The translations under genes were made by a program, and so were the position numbers. 44,081 nt of DNA from a virus. The stretch lies in the UHGV virus genome UHGV-0206210. The stretch is one strand, 5' to 3'. The notes below the pieces were generated by a model. That model worked only from the letters and a program-made list of their open reading frames with translations, was not told the DNA's origin and ran no database searches. This document shows positions 1 through 7,713 of this stretch, piece by piece. The stretch's first letter is position 1. The number at the start of each line of letters is the position of its first letter.

Positions 1-3
1 ATT

Positions 4-2487
4 TTGGCTATAGTTGAAGATCAAATTAGTTTTGCACGTGTAGAAGATGGCGAAGATGGAAGAGGAATCAAAGGGACACCTGTCTCAACTTATGCACAAT
101 CAACAAGTGGTACGACTCCGCCAACTACATGGTCAGATACTAGACCAAATGTGCCAGCTGGACAGTATCTTTGGACAAGAGTTGTCACAACATATACAGA
201 CGACACAACATCAGAAACCCAGACACCTACATTAATGGGAAAAGAAGGAACACCCGGCCTAGGTATTAAATCTAAGTCTATTAGCTATGCAATCGGTACA
301 AGCGGAAATACACCACCAACTAGCGGTTGGCAAGAGTCGATTCCTAGCGTATCAGCAAATCAATATCTTTGGACAAAAACTACACTTGTTTATACTGATG
401 ACTCAAAAACAGAGGCCTATTCAGTTGGGAAGATGGGGGCTAATGGCGCAGATGCCAAACTTCTTTATTTAACTGCATCAGCAGAGAATATTGTGTTTAA
501 TGCTGACGATACACCAAAGACAACACAGACGATCAATATAACAGCAAAGCTCCAAAACGTTACTGGAACAGCGACGTTCGCTGCTATTCCTTATATCGGC
601 AATACAGCACAAGCTGCTATTACGTTAGGCGGAAGTGGGAATACAAGAACCTTAACAAGTGCACAATGGACGAACAAGAACTGGACCTTAATTGTCATCA
701 CTGCCACTTTAGATAATCTAAGCGATACGTTAAGTATTGTAAAAGTAAAGGATGGAAAAGAAGGTGAAGATGGACAAGATGCTCATATATATCAAGCTTA
801 CGCATGGAGCGCTGACGGCACTGACCGCTTTACTACGACATATCCGGGCGAGAATTTAGTCCTAAATTATGATTTCTCGAAAGACCCCACTATTAATGGT
901 TGGACAGGAAATGGTGCGACTATAGAATATTCAAACGGGAACATGCGAGTGTTGTTTAACGACTCATCAACTAACAGAAGAGTCTATTATAGCAATGACT
1001 TATTAACCAACTACTTGCCAGCAGGAGTTAAATATTCCGTCACAATAGACGCATTCAGCAACAATGGAGGGTATATACGGGTAGGTAACTTCGATACTTT
1101 AAGTGCTTGGCAAACAATAAAACAAGGTGATACACCCTCAACGTATAAATTTGAAGGTCTAACCGCTGGGACAAATAATGCTTTTAGTATACAGGGTAAT
1201 TCAAATGCTTTAATTGTACGCATACTAAAAATAAAAATAGAATTAGGAAACACGGCAACCATCTACACATCAGCACCATCTGAAAACTTTATCAATGCAT
1301 ATCCTTCTTATGTAGGATCGTACACAACATTTGATGATGTCCAATCAACAAATCCTGCTGATTATACGTGGCAACGATTCATGGGGAATCAGGGGAAAGA
1401 TGGCGAGGATGGGATAAGCATTGTAGGCGTTGAGGTGCAGTATGCTCAAACTACAACATCGACTGAACCCACTTCGGGCTGGTCTTATACACGTCCTACA
1501 CCCATACCTGGTCAATATTTATGGACAAGAACACGAAATAAATTTTCTGATGGTACATTTGGTTCGTGGGCAACATTTCCAACTATGATTGGCAGAGATG
1601 CAATCGTTGTTTCAGAAATCGCACCTGCTAATCCATCAATTGGTACCCTGTGGCAAAAGCCTAGCGATCCAAATGTACAAAAATGGAACGGTACCAAATG
1701 GGAGAATTGGGGAATCGCACCAGAAAATATTGTAGCGGATAATCTGGTGGTTAAAGATGGTAGGTTTGAAAAACTTGTAGGGGCTGAATTAGAAAGTGGT
1801 ACGATTACCAATTCTTTTGATTTTTGGGATGGGAGCTTAGTACCGAACACTAGTGCTCAGATGTGGCGAAGAGGAAAAACCACTATAAAAAATGCGGAAG
1901 TCACTACTCTTTGGGAAGACTACAACAAAAGCACGGGGGCAAAAGTCAAAGAAGGTGGCGTTATACATGATTCTGATGGAACATCTGTATACATTAATGA
2001 TCCATCTAATTTCAATCAAACAGCTTCGTATAGGTCCTCAGGGATTCTTTTGAGGGATTCTCGTGTTCCTAGCAATGTATCAGGTTCTTTCCTGTCTTAT
2101 AATGATTTATTGATTTATCCTGCTACTCCAATTCCAGCAGCTTCCGGGTGGTCAGCATATGCAACTTCCGGAGCTAACCAGCCGATGGCAGTTAGATATG
2201 GAAGAAGTGTTAGATTAACCGGTGCGTTCAAGAATAATACAACTTTGCCGAATACTAACGAAATTTACAAGATAGGTACCCTCCCTGTAGGTTTACGACC
2301 TTCAACTCAAGAAAAGTGGTTGGCAAAAGGCGCGGGAACAACGATATTCCAAATAACCGTTGATACAAATGGGGATATACTTGTCAATTATCGTCTCGGT
2401 TGGACAGGCAGTACATTTGGTTATCTTACAAACAATTCTGGAGACATTTTCAATATAGCGGGTGGTTTTGCTGCAGCTGATATATAG
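4..2487 (+). CDS. Phage tail fibre / receptor-binding protein. Short collagen-like Gly-X-Y runs and three copies of an approx 38-aa repeat (...TSGxTPPTxxW...GQYLWTR...YTDD).
   Basis: 827-aa ORF. GEDGRGIKGTP, GKEGEDGQD and GKDGEDG motifs. Repeated PTSGW...QYLWT(R/K) blocks. TTG start at position 4 lies 6 nt after a GGAGGG found at the window end (44073-44078). Sits upstream of a holin-lysin cassette. Confidence 0.7.
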   Translation: MAIVEDQISFARVEDGEDGRGIKGTPVSTYAQSTSGTTPPTTWSDTRPNVPAGQYLWTRVVTTYTDDTTSETQTPTLMGKEGTPGLGIKSKSISYAIGTSGNTPPTSGWQESIPSVSANQYLWTKTTLVYTDDSKTEAYSVGKMGANGADAKLLYLTASAENIVFNADDTPKTTQTINITAKLQNVTGTATFAAIPYIGNTAQAAITLGGSGNTRTLTSAQWTNKNWTLIVITATLDNLSDTLSIVKVKDGKEGEDGQDAHIYQAYAWSADGTDRFTTTYPGENLVLNYDFSKDPTINGWTGNGATIEYSNGNMRVLFNDSSTNRRVYYSNDLLTNYLPAGVKYSVTIDAFSNNGGYIRVGNFDTLSAWQTIKQGDTPSTYKFEGLTAGTNNAFSIQGNSNALIVRILKIKIELGNTATIYTSAPSENFINAYPSYVGSYTTFDDVQSTNPADYTWQRFMGNQGKDGEDGISIVGVEVQYAQTTTSTEPTSGWSYTRPTPIPGQYLWTRTRNKFSDGTFGSWATFPTMIGRDAIVVSEIAPANPSIGTLWQKPSDPNVQKWNGTKWENWGIAPENIVADNLVVKDGRFEKLVGAELESGTITNSFDFWDGSLVPNTSAQMWRRGKTTIKNAEVTTLWEDYNKSTGAKVKEGGVIHDSDGTSVYINDPSNFNQTASYRSSGILLRDSRVPSNVSGSFLSYNDLLIYPATPIPAASGWSAYATSGANQPMAVRYGRSVRLTGAFKNNTTLPNTNEIYKIGTLPVGLRPSTQEKWLAKGAGTTIFQITVDTNGDILVNYRLGWTGSTFGYLTNNSGDIFNIAGGFAAADI

Positions 2488-2498
2488 GAGGAATCGAG

Positions 2499-2798
2499 AT
2501 GTTAGAAGAATTTAAAAAACAATATATTGAGAAATGTATTCATGGAGACGGCTTTGACAACGAATTAAACAGCTTGTTTGAACAGGTCTTAATCGAGGTT
2601 TTTAAGGATGATAGCGAAAAAATGAGCGCATTTATCCAATCAATCAATGATGAGATATTACCTGAAGAATTATCTGAGGTTGAACTATTGAAACAAGAGA
2701 ACACAAAGTTACAGGCAGCAATCAAATCCATGCAAGATGAATCTGAAATGGTTCAAAATGCCTTCATGGAAATATCAGATTATGTTTTTTCAAAGTAA
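2499..2798 (+). CDS. Small acidic protein in the XkdW-like position, between tail fibre and lysis genes.
   Basis: 99-aa ORF. GGAGG RBS at 2486-2490 precedes the ATG. Position matches the PBSX-like gene order. No motif recognised. Confidence 0.4.
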   Translation: MLEEFKKQYIEKCIHGDGFDNELNSLFEQVLIEVFKDDSEKMSAFIQSINDEILPEELSEVELLKQENTKLQAAIKSMQDESEMVQNAFMEISDYVFSK

Positions 2799-2812
2799 AG
2801 GAGGAGTGACAA

Positions 2813-2953
2813 ATGGAATTTTCAGCATTGAAAATGTTGTACGCAACACACGTAATTGAAGGAAAACGCACAATCGAAAGTGTGCCAGATATTTTACGAG
2901 AAGATGTTGCAAAAATTGTTGACGAAGCAAAAAAGCCAGAAGGAACAAAATAA
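2813..2953 (+). CDS. XkdX-like small phage protein (46 aa). Too short for the ORF track.
   Basis: AGGAGG RBS 7 nt upstream of ATG 2813. Reads MEFSALKMLYATHVIEGKRTIESVPDILREDVAKIVDEAKKPEGTK. Size and position are typical of XkdX-family genes before phage lysis cassettes. Confidence 0.35.
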   Translation: MEFSALKMLYATHVIEGKRTIESVPDILREDVAKIVDEAKKPEGTK

Positions 2954-2975
2954 TCGGATATACAGTATCAGGGGC

Positions 2976-3012
2976 GATCGGCTTTCTAGCCGGTTGCTTT
3001 TTATTTTAAGCG
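2976..3012 (+). terminator. Rho-independent terminator-like hairpin followed by a T-run.
   Basis: atcggct-ttct-agccggt stem, then tgcttttTatttt. Confidence 0.45.
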
Positions 3013-3024
3013 AGAAGGTGAAGC

Positions 3025-3318
3025 ATGTTAAATGTGGGAGAATTAGCGACGTGGGCTGGATGGGTAATGACAATTATTGGATTAGTTGCATTTGTTGTCC
3101 GGCCAGTAATGAGTAATTTTACGAAAATAGCAGAGAATTTAACTAAACTTAGTCACAGCTTGGATCTATTGAATAGAGATTTGGAAGCTAGCAAATCTGA
3201 TCGTGTTGAGATTCATAACGAACTCAAGCAGCATGATGAACGACTAGACAGGCACAACGAACGACTAATTGAACATGGTGAACAAATAAAATCTCTATGG
3301 AAAGAAAGAGGTAAATAG
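3025..3318 (+). CDS. XhlA-like / holin-associated membrane protein. One N-terminal TM helix plus a coiled-coil.
   Basis: Hydrophobic segment WAGWVMTIIGLVAFVVRPV, then a charged heptad-like tail. Lies immediately upstream of the holin, as xhlA does in PBSX-type cassettes. Confidence 0.4.
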   Translation: MLNVGELATWAGWVMTIIGLVAFVVRPVMSNFTKIAENLTKLSHSLDLLNRDLEASKSDRVEIHNELKQHDERLDRHNERLIEHGEQIKSLWKERGK

Positions 3319-3319
3319 T

Positions 3320-3556
3320 ATGAAAATGACAAACGAACAATATGATTTAGCGAAAAAAATCATTACACAATGGTCTCCAGCTTTGGGTGTTTTAATTGCT
3401 GGAATTGCAACATTATATGATTTTGATGCAACTAAAATCGTTGGAGTGATTTCCTTAGTTACTGCATTTGCAGGTGTAGTGCTGGGAGTTTCAAGCAATA
3501 ACTATAACTATAAAGATTATGGCGATGGCCAAGAATTTACTGATCAAAAAGAGTAG
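3320..3556 (+). CDS. Holin (two TM segments).
   Basis: 78 aa. TM1 PALGVLIAGIATLY and TM2 IVGVISLVTAFAGVVLGV, then a charged C-terminus. Directly precedes the endolysin. Confidence 0.6.
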   Translation: MKMTNEQYDLAKKIITQWSPALGVLIAGIATLYDFDATKIVGVISLVTAFAGVVLGVSSNNYNYKDYGDGQEFTDQKE

Positions 3557-3586
3557 TCGATTGACTGCTCTTTTTAATTTGAAAGG

Positions 3587-4537
3587 ATGGTAAATATGAG
3601 TTTTATCAAATACGAATATATCAGAATCGACAAGTTTTCTCGTCCAGGAATCAAGAACTATGGTATCAAAGGAATTATCATGCATTACACGGCTAACAAT
3701 GGCGGTACTGCCCGAAATCACAAAGACTACTTCAACAATCTGAATGGCGTTTATGCGTCAGCTCATTTGTTTGTAGATGACAATGAAGCTATTTGTATCA
3801 TTCCGTTAGACGAAGTCGCTTACCATGCAAACGATACGGTTAGATACAATTCTGATGGATCTATCTACAAACCTTTATATTCGCAAATTGGCAATGCTAA
3901 TTATGGTGCTATTGGCGTAGAGATGTGCTTGGATAGAAATGGAAATATCACTGAAAAAACATTCCAGAACACTGTTAAAGCTGTCAAAGAATTGATTGCA
4001 AAATATCCAAATGTCACTCGAAACAAGATTTGGCGTCATTATGATGTTACTGGCAAGAACTGCCCGGCTCCATGGGTAGCAAAACCAAGTGAGCTAGAAC
4101 GTTTCAAGGATGCGGTGTTTGGCAAGACTAGCGGTTCTAATTCAACAGCTAAACCTAGCACACCATCTGCAAAGCCAAGCACGCCAGCTACTAAGCCAAG
4201 TTATATTACCTTATCAGTAGATGGCAAGTTTGGTCCAGCCACTGCAAGACGGTTGCAGCAATATTTCGGGACCACTCAAGATAGTGTTATCAGTCACCAG
4301 TATAAGCAAAAGTTTAATCAAAATATATATGCTGCACAATTCGATCAAACATTGAGAGGATCTAATGTAATTCGTGCATTACAGAAATTGTTAGGAGTTT
4401 CTCAAGATGGATTGATGGGCCAAGCAACAATCAAAGCATTGCAGAAACGATTGGGCACGACACAAGACGGCATCATCAGTCCAGTATCCAATGTAGTCAA
4501 GGCGTTGCAGCAAGCGTTGAACAAAAATAAACTGTAA
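3587..4537 (+). CDS. Endolysin. N-acetylmuramoyl-L-alanine amidase (PGRP/amidase_2 type) with a Pro/Thr/Lys-rich linker and two C-terminal PG_binding-like repeats.
   Basis: HYTANNGG...AHLFVDD...AYHAN...NCPAP zinc-amidase motifs. Linker AKPSTPSAKPSTPATKPS. Repeats DGKFGPATARRLQQYFGTTQD and DGLMGQATIKALQKRLGTTQDG. Confidence 0.8.
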   Translation: MVNMSFIKYEYIRIDKFSRPGIKNYGIKGIIMHYTANNGGTARNHKDYFNNLNGVYASAHLFVDDNEAICIIPLDEVAYHANDTVRYNSDGSIYKPLYSQIGNANYGAIGVEMCLDRNGNITEKTFQNTVKAVKELIAKYPNVTRNKIWRHYDVTGKNCPAPWVAKPSELERFKDAVFGKTSGSNSTAKPSTPSAKPSTPATKPSYITLSVDGKFGPATARRLQQYFGTTQDSVISHQYKQKFNQNIYAAQFDQTLRGSNVIRALQKLLGVSQDGLMGQATIKALQKRLGTTQDGIISPVSNVVKALQQALNKNKL

Positions 4538-4545
4538 CAAAAATA

Positions 4546-4570
4546 CCCCTTACTCTTTTGAGTAGGGGGG
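4546..4570 (+). terminator. GC-rich hairpin just after the lysin stop. Weak U-tract.
   Basis: ccccttactc-tttt-gagtagggggg. Confidence 0.4.
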
Positions 4571-4650
4571 CTTATACATAGAGTATTCTCTTTCCTTGCT
4601 TATAAAATGCATCTATTGTAGAATTTTTATGGCGACATTAAATCGTCAAT

Positions 4651-4710
4651 GAAGAGTATTAGGCGGTGGAAGCTTGGGGAAGTGTGCCTAATACTCTTCT
4701 TCTTTATTTT
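4651..4710 (+). terminator. Perfect 14-bp inverted repeat followed by a T-rich tract. A terminator or regulatory hairpin.
   Basis: gaagagtattaggc (4651-4664) and gcctaatactcttc (4686-4699), with a 21-nt loop, then ttctttatttt. Confidence 0.45.
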
Positions 4711-4802
4711 AGCATCATTTTTATTTAATAGATATTATTGATTAGAAAATCGTCTGAAATATTTTATTTGAATTAAATTAAGATAAATTATAGAATAGTG
4801 AC

Positions 4803-4872
4803 AGCCTTTTCAAAGGCTATCTTTTTTTCATTTCTGCGCCCACTCTACCCGAGAGTGGGTTGTTTGTTGTTG
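4803..4872 (+). terminator. Two consecutive terminator-like hairpins.
   Basis: agccttt-tc-aaaggct followed by ctttttttc. Then cccactct-accc-gagagtggg followed by ttgtttgttgttg. Confidence 0.45.
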
Positions 4873-4898
4873 AAAAGCAAACTGATGTTTGGTATAAT
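4870..4898 (+). promoter_or_regulatory. Near-consensus sigma-A promoter (TTGAAA, 17-bp spacer, TATAAT) reading into the 3-gene cassette.
   Basis: TTGAAA at 4870-4875, a 17-bp spacer, TATAAT at 4893-4898. Confidence 0.6.
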
Positions 4899-4932
4899 TG
4901 CTTCATAATCCTCAATAGATTATATCTGCTAT

Positions 4933-4976
4933 AGGAAGTCTAGGAAAACGCTTGTTTTTCGGACTTCCTTTTGGTT
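4933..4976 (+). promoter_or_regulatory. Leader hairpin followed by a T-tract, between the promoter and the first cassette gene. Possible attenuator.
   Basis: aggaagtc (4933-4940) and gacttcct (4962-4969), an 8-bp inverted repeat, then ttttggttt. Confidence 0.3.
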
Positions 4977-5012
4977 TAATTTAATTAGCAGATGAATCGG
5001 AGGTTTTATACA

Positions 5013-6224
5013 ATGGAAATTCCCAATTTCTTGAAAAATGATTTAACGAATGACTATTTAAAAGTGTTCTTGAAGAACAAAAATATTCCATGTTCTAACA
5101 CTAATAAGGCTGAGTTGCTAAACATCCTGAAACACTCTTTAGAAAATAAAAAAATAAGTGAACCAGAGTTTCAAGATTTTTTAGCAAGATATTATAAGTA
5201 CGGGAGAAATAGAATTGTTATTTCAAATATCATCAATTTGACCGTACTTAATCCTATCATGACAAAAAGTAGTCTTGAAAAAAGACTCAGCAATGCGAAA
5301 GAGCCAACTGGATATTTTAATGAAATACTAGATATCTCAGAAACCAAAGAATCAAATGATAGTATGTTCTACCAATCTATTAAATATGATGAAAATGATA
5401 GAACTATGCTTTTTGAAAGAGGATACTTTCGAGATGAAAAAGTTGTTGCTACGGATTCGGATGGGACTCCAATCTATAGTTATAAGAAAGTGTTTACTTG
5501 GGTTGTAATTGATGTAGAAAATAGAAGGTTTAATATCCATACTCGCGATTTAGATCCTAATTATTTTGGCAAAAATACTACAATTAGGCAAACTAATGAT
5601 ACTTTCTTAGATATTTTTAAAAAGATGTTTTCTTTTACTGTATCTAGTGCGCTAAATGAAGAAAGAACTCTATATAATATTTATAAGCATATGACTGAAA
5701 CTGCTGAAGCTCCTTTTAAAAATATGATAACAGATGAAATAAAAAAAGAAATCAGCGATCTATATATACGGGTTTCTGATATTTTGGAGTACAATACCTC
5801 TAAAGATAAGTTGAAAATTCCTAACAGATTTGAAAGGCTATTTGAGAGAGGTTTAATTAATCAGAACTTTGAGGTATACTCTCGGTATGAAGTTGGAAAA
5901 GTAGGGATTATTAAACGAATCGTATTTTTCGATGGTACTGGTGCAAATGTAAGTGCTATGGTAAAAGAAATTAGCGAGAATATAAGTTCGTATGATATTT
6001 ATTTTGATACTCGTGATACTCTTGATGAACGTAAAGCCTTAAATAAACTTTGGGCTTTTTGGTATTTTAAGTCCAGTCTCGATAGTAAAGAAGAAAAATA
6101 CGAAGTAAAGATGGAGATAGAAGAAGATTTCTATGTTACGCATTTTCTGCGAAAAAATATTTTAGAGGAGGTTGCAGAATATGTTTTTCAGCAATTTAGA
6201 AAATTCGAAGTCCTCAATGCCTAA
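5013..6224 (+). CDS. Cassette gene A. Approx 403-aa soluble protein of unknown function. No Walker, HNH, HEPN or other catalytic motif recognised.
   Basis: GGAGG at 4999-5003 lies 9 nt upstream of ATG 5013. The ORF-track start at 4992 is in frame. AT-rich codon usage is visibly different from the flanking phage genes. Confidence 0.6.
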   Translation: MEIPNFLKNDLTNDYLKVFLKNKNIPCSNTNKAELLNILKHSLENKKISEPEFQDFLARYYKYGRNRIVISNIINLTVLNPIMTKSSLEKRLSNAKEPTGYFNEILDISETKESNDSMFYQSIKYDENDRTMLFERGYFRDEKVVATDSDGTPIYSYKKVFTWVVIDVENRRFNIHTRDLDPNYFGKNTTIRQTNDTFLDIFKKMFSFTVSSALNEERTLYNIYKHMTETAEAPFKNMITDEIKKEISDLYIRVSDILEYNTSKDKLKIPNRFERLFERGLINQNFEVYSRYEVGKVGIIKRIVFFDGTGANVSAMVKEISENISSYDIYFDTRDTLDERKALNKLWAFWYFKSSLDSKEEKYEVKMEIEEDFYVTHFLRKNILEEVAEYVFQQFRKFEVLNA

Positions 6225-6681
6225 TAACTATATTATATTATTAGATCATTGGCTTGGGACAATGACGTCCTTATATCACAAAAAGATTAATCCAAGAGAT
6301 TTTTCTTTACAGAATGGAATGGACATTGAGTTTGTACTAAAGCTTTTCGACTTAGCAGTTGAAAGTAACGTTTTACTCCCTAAAATAATTGTGACTAATG
6401 ATGAGAAAGTTCCTTTTGGGACATTCTATAATATTGCGGAGATTCCGGATTACATCGAAGATTTTGAAAATAACACAGAATTTAAAGTTAAGGAACATAA
6501 TTTGGAAATTTGGTATGAGTTGATTGCAGTCCCAAAAGATGAAGACGTACCTGAGAATAACTTTGTAAACAACAATAGCAAGACTAATGCTGATAGACCG
6601 ACATTAGATGTTTTGAAAAAATCAGGTGCGTCTACAACAATGAGAAAGATAGGAATGAAATTAAAAAATTGGGAAAAATAA
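6181..6681 (+). CDS. Cassette gene B. Approx 167-aa acidic protein of unknown function, translationally coupled to gene A.
   Basis: AGAGGAGG at 6164-6171 lies 9 nt before ATG 6181. Overlaps the end of gene A by 44 nt. The ORF-track TTG at 6172 is in the same frame. Confidence 0.55.
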   Translation: MFFSNLENSKSSMPNNYIILLDHWLGTMTSLYHKKINPRDFSLQNGMDIEFVLKLFDLAVESNVLLPKIIVTNDEKVPFGTFYNIAEIPDYIEDFENNTEFKVKEHNLEIWYELIAVPKDEDVPENNFVNNNSKTNADRPTLDVLKKSGASTTMRKIGMKLKNWEK

Positions 6682-7256
6682 CAATAAAACGAATCTTGAT
6701 GTTCTTATTATTTTCAATAATAGTTTTCTTCTTGGGGAGATATTCACATAAAATAAACTTGCTAATTATGGATAATAATTTGTATGGAAATATTATAGAT
6801 TTTTTAGGAAACATATTAATAGCTTTAACTTCTGCGGGTATTGCGTGGTACGTGTCGTACAAAGAATCTTCCAAGAATCAAAGAAAAGATATGCTTGAAA
6901 AAAAACAAGAACAACTTGGTATGCTGAAACTGCTTGCTTTAGAAAACACTTTCAACAAAGCTTCTTTTGAAACAATAAGTGAGACAAATAATTGTTTAGA
7001 AAAACAAAGTGAGTTAAGTAGATTAAGAACTAAAATTTGGGATAGTTTAAAATTCAAGCTAGACCAACCTTCTCAGGTTTTAGAAGATATTTATCTATAT
7101 TATTATCAAATCGAATCGGCAAAAGAACTTTCAAAAGAAGGCATAGAAGAAGATCCTAAAATATTAGAGGATTTAGCACAAATGAATTTAGATATTCTTG
7201 AAATGATAGAAGCTTTAATCAAAAATATAAATGAAAATAAAACTACTTTCAGCTAA
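6669..7256 (+). CDS. Cassette gene C. Small membrane protein with two N-terminal TM helices and a C-terminal coiled-coil/charged domain.
   Basis: Hydrophobic segments FLLFSIIVFFLG and ILIALTSAGIAWYV, then a KESSKNQRKDMLEKKQEQL...-type helical region. Overlaps the gene B stop. Start may be TTG 6669 or ATG 6699. Confidence 0.5.
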   Translation: MGKITIKRILMFLLFSIIVFFLGRYSHKINLLIMDNNLYGNIIDFLGNILIALTSAGIAWYVSYKESSKNQRKDMLEKKQEQLGMLKLLALENTFNKASFETISETNNCLEKQSELSRLRTKIWDSLKFKLDQPSQVLEDIYLYYYQIESAKELSKEGIEEDPKILEDLAQMNLDILEMIEALIKNINENKTTFS

Positions 7257-7274
7257 CTAAGATAAATATTAAAA

Positions 7275-7304
7275 AGACCCTAGTGAAAGCTAAGGTCTTT
7301 TTTC
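7275..7304. terminator. Bidirectional terminator between the convergent cassette and the yolD-like/umuC unit.
   Basis: agaccctag-tgaaag-ctaaggtct, with an A-run on the left and tttttt on the right. Confidence 0.5.
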
Positions 7305-7576
7305 ATTGCTTCAAATTCAATCATAATCTTCGTTTTACCGATTACTGAATATTTCCGAACAACAAATTGCTTCCAATCGTTATAATATCCAGCGACAACG
7401 ATTTCCATTCCTTCACCTACATCTGCCAAAAAGCTCAAACTATGTGCTGCAATCAGACAGTTTACATTATCCAGCGAGAAACGCACTAAAGGGGTCCTCG
7501 ACATTTTCAACACTCGTATCTTCGAAACTACACCTTTCATTGACTTCATGATGATCGCCTCCATACTCTTGTACAT
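7280..7576 (-). CDS. Possible YolD-like accessory protein of the Y-family polymerase. Assignment uncertain.
   Basis: 98-aa ORF downstream of the umuC-like gene. C-terminal VVAGYYNDW...VIGKTKIMIE resembles the YolD-like pattern. A second ORF in another frame (7467-7787) and a 31-aa ATGA-coupled ORF overlap it, so the locus may be frameshifted. Confidence 0.25.
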   Translation of the reverse strand: MYKSMEAIIMKSMKGVVSKIRVLKMSRTPLVRFSLDNVNCLIAAHSLSFLADVGEGMEIVVAGYYNDWKQFVVRKYSVIGKTKIMIEFEAMKKDLSFH

Positions 7577-7713
7577 AGTAATTAAAATCAGTTTTCCCTA
7601 AAGTAACAGCAACATAAAATTCTACGCAACGAGTACCAAATAAGCACTCCTGCGATTCAGATATACTATCAGGAAATTCCTGGACAAAATTTGAATAGGA
7701 GATGTAGCCTTGT

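Noticed and set aside
47-2019. Small ORFs in alternative frames or antisense within the tail-fibre gene (47-235, 287-472, 1011-1262, 1512-1850, 1837-2019).
   Set aside because: They are fully nested in a continuous 827-aa ORF with repeat structure. No RBS. Compositionally they are artefacts.
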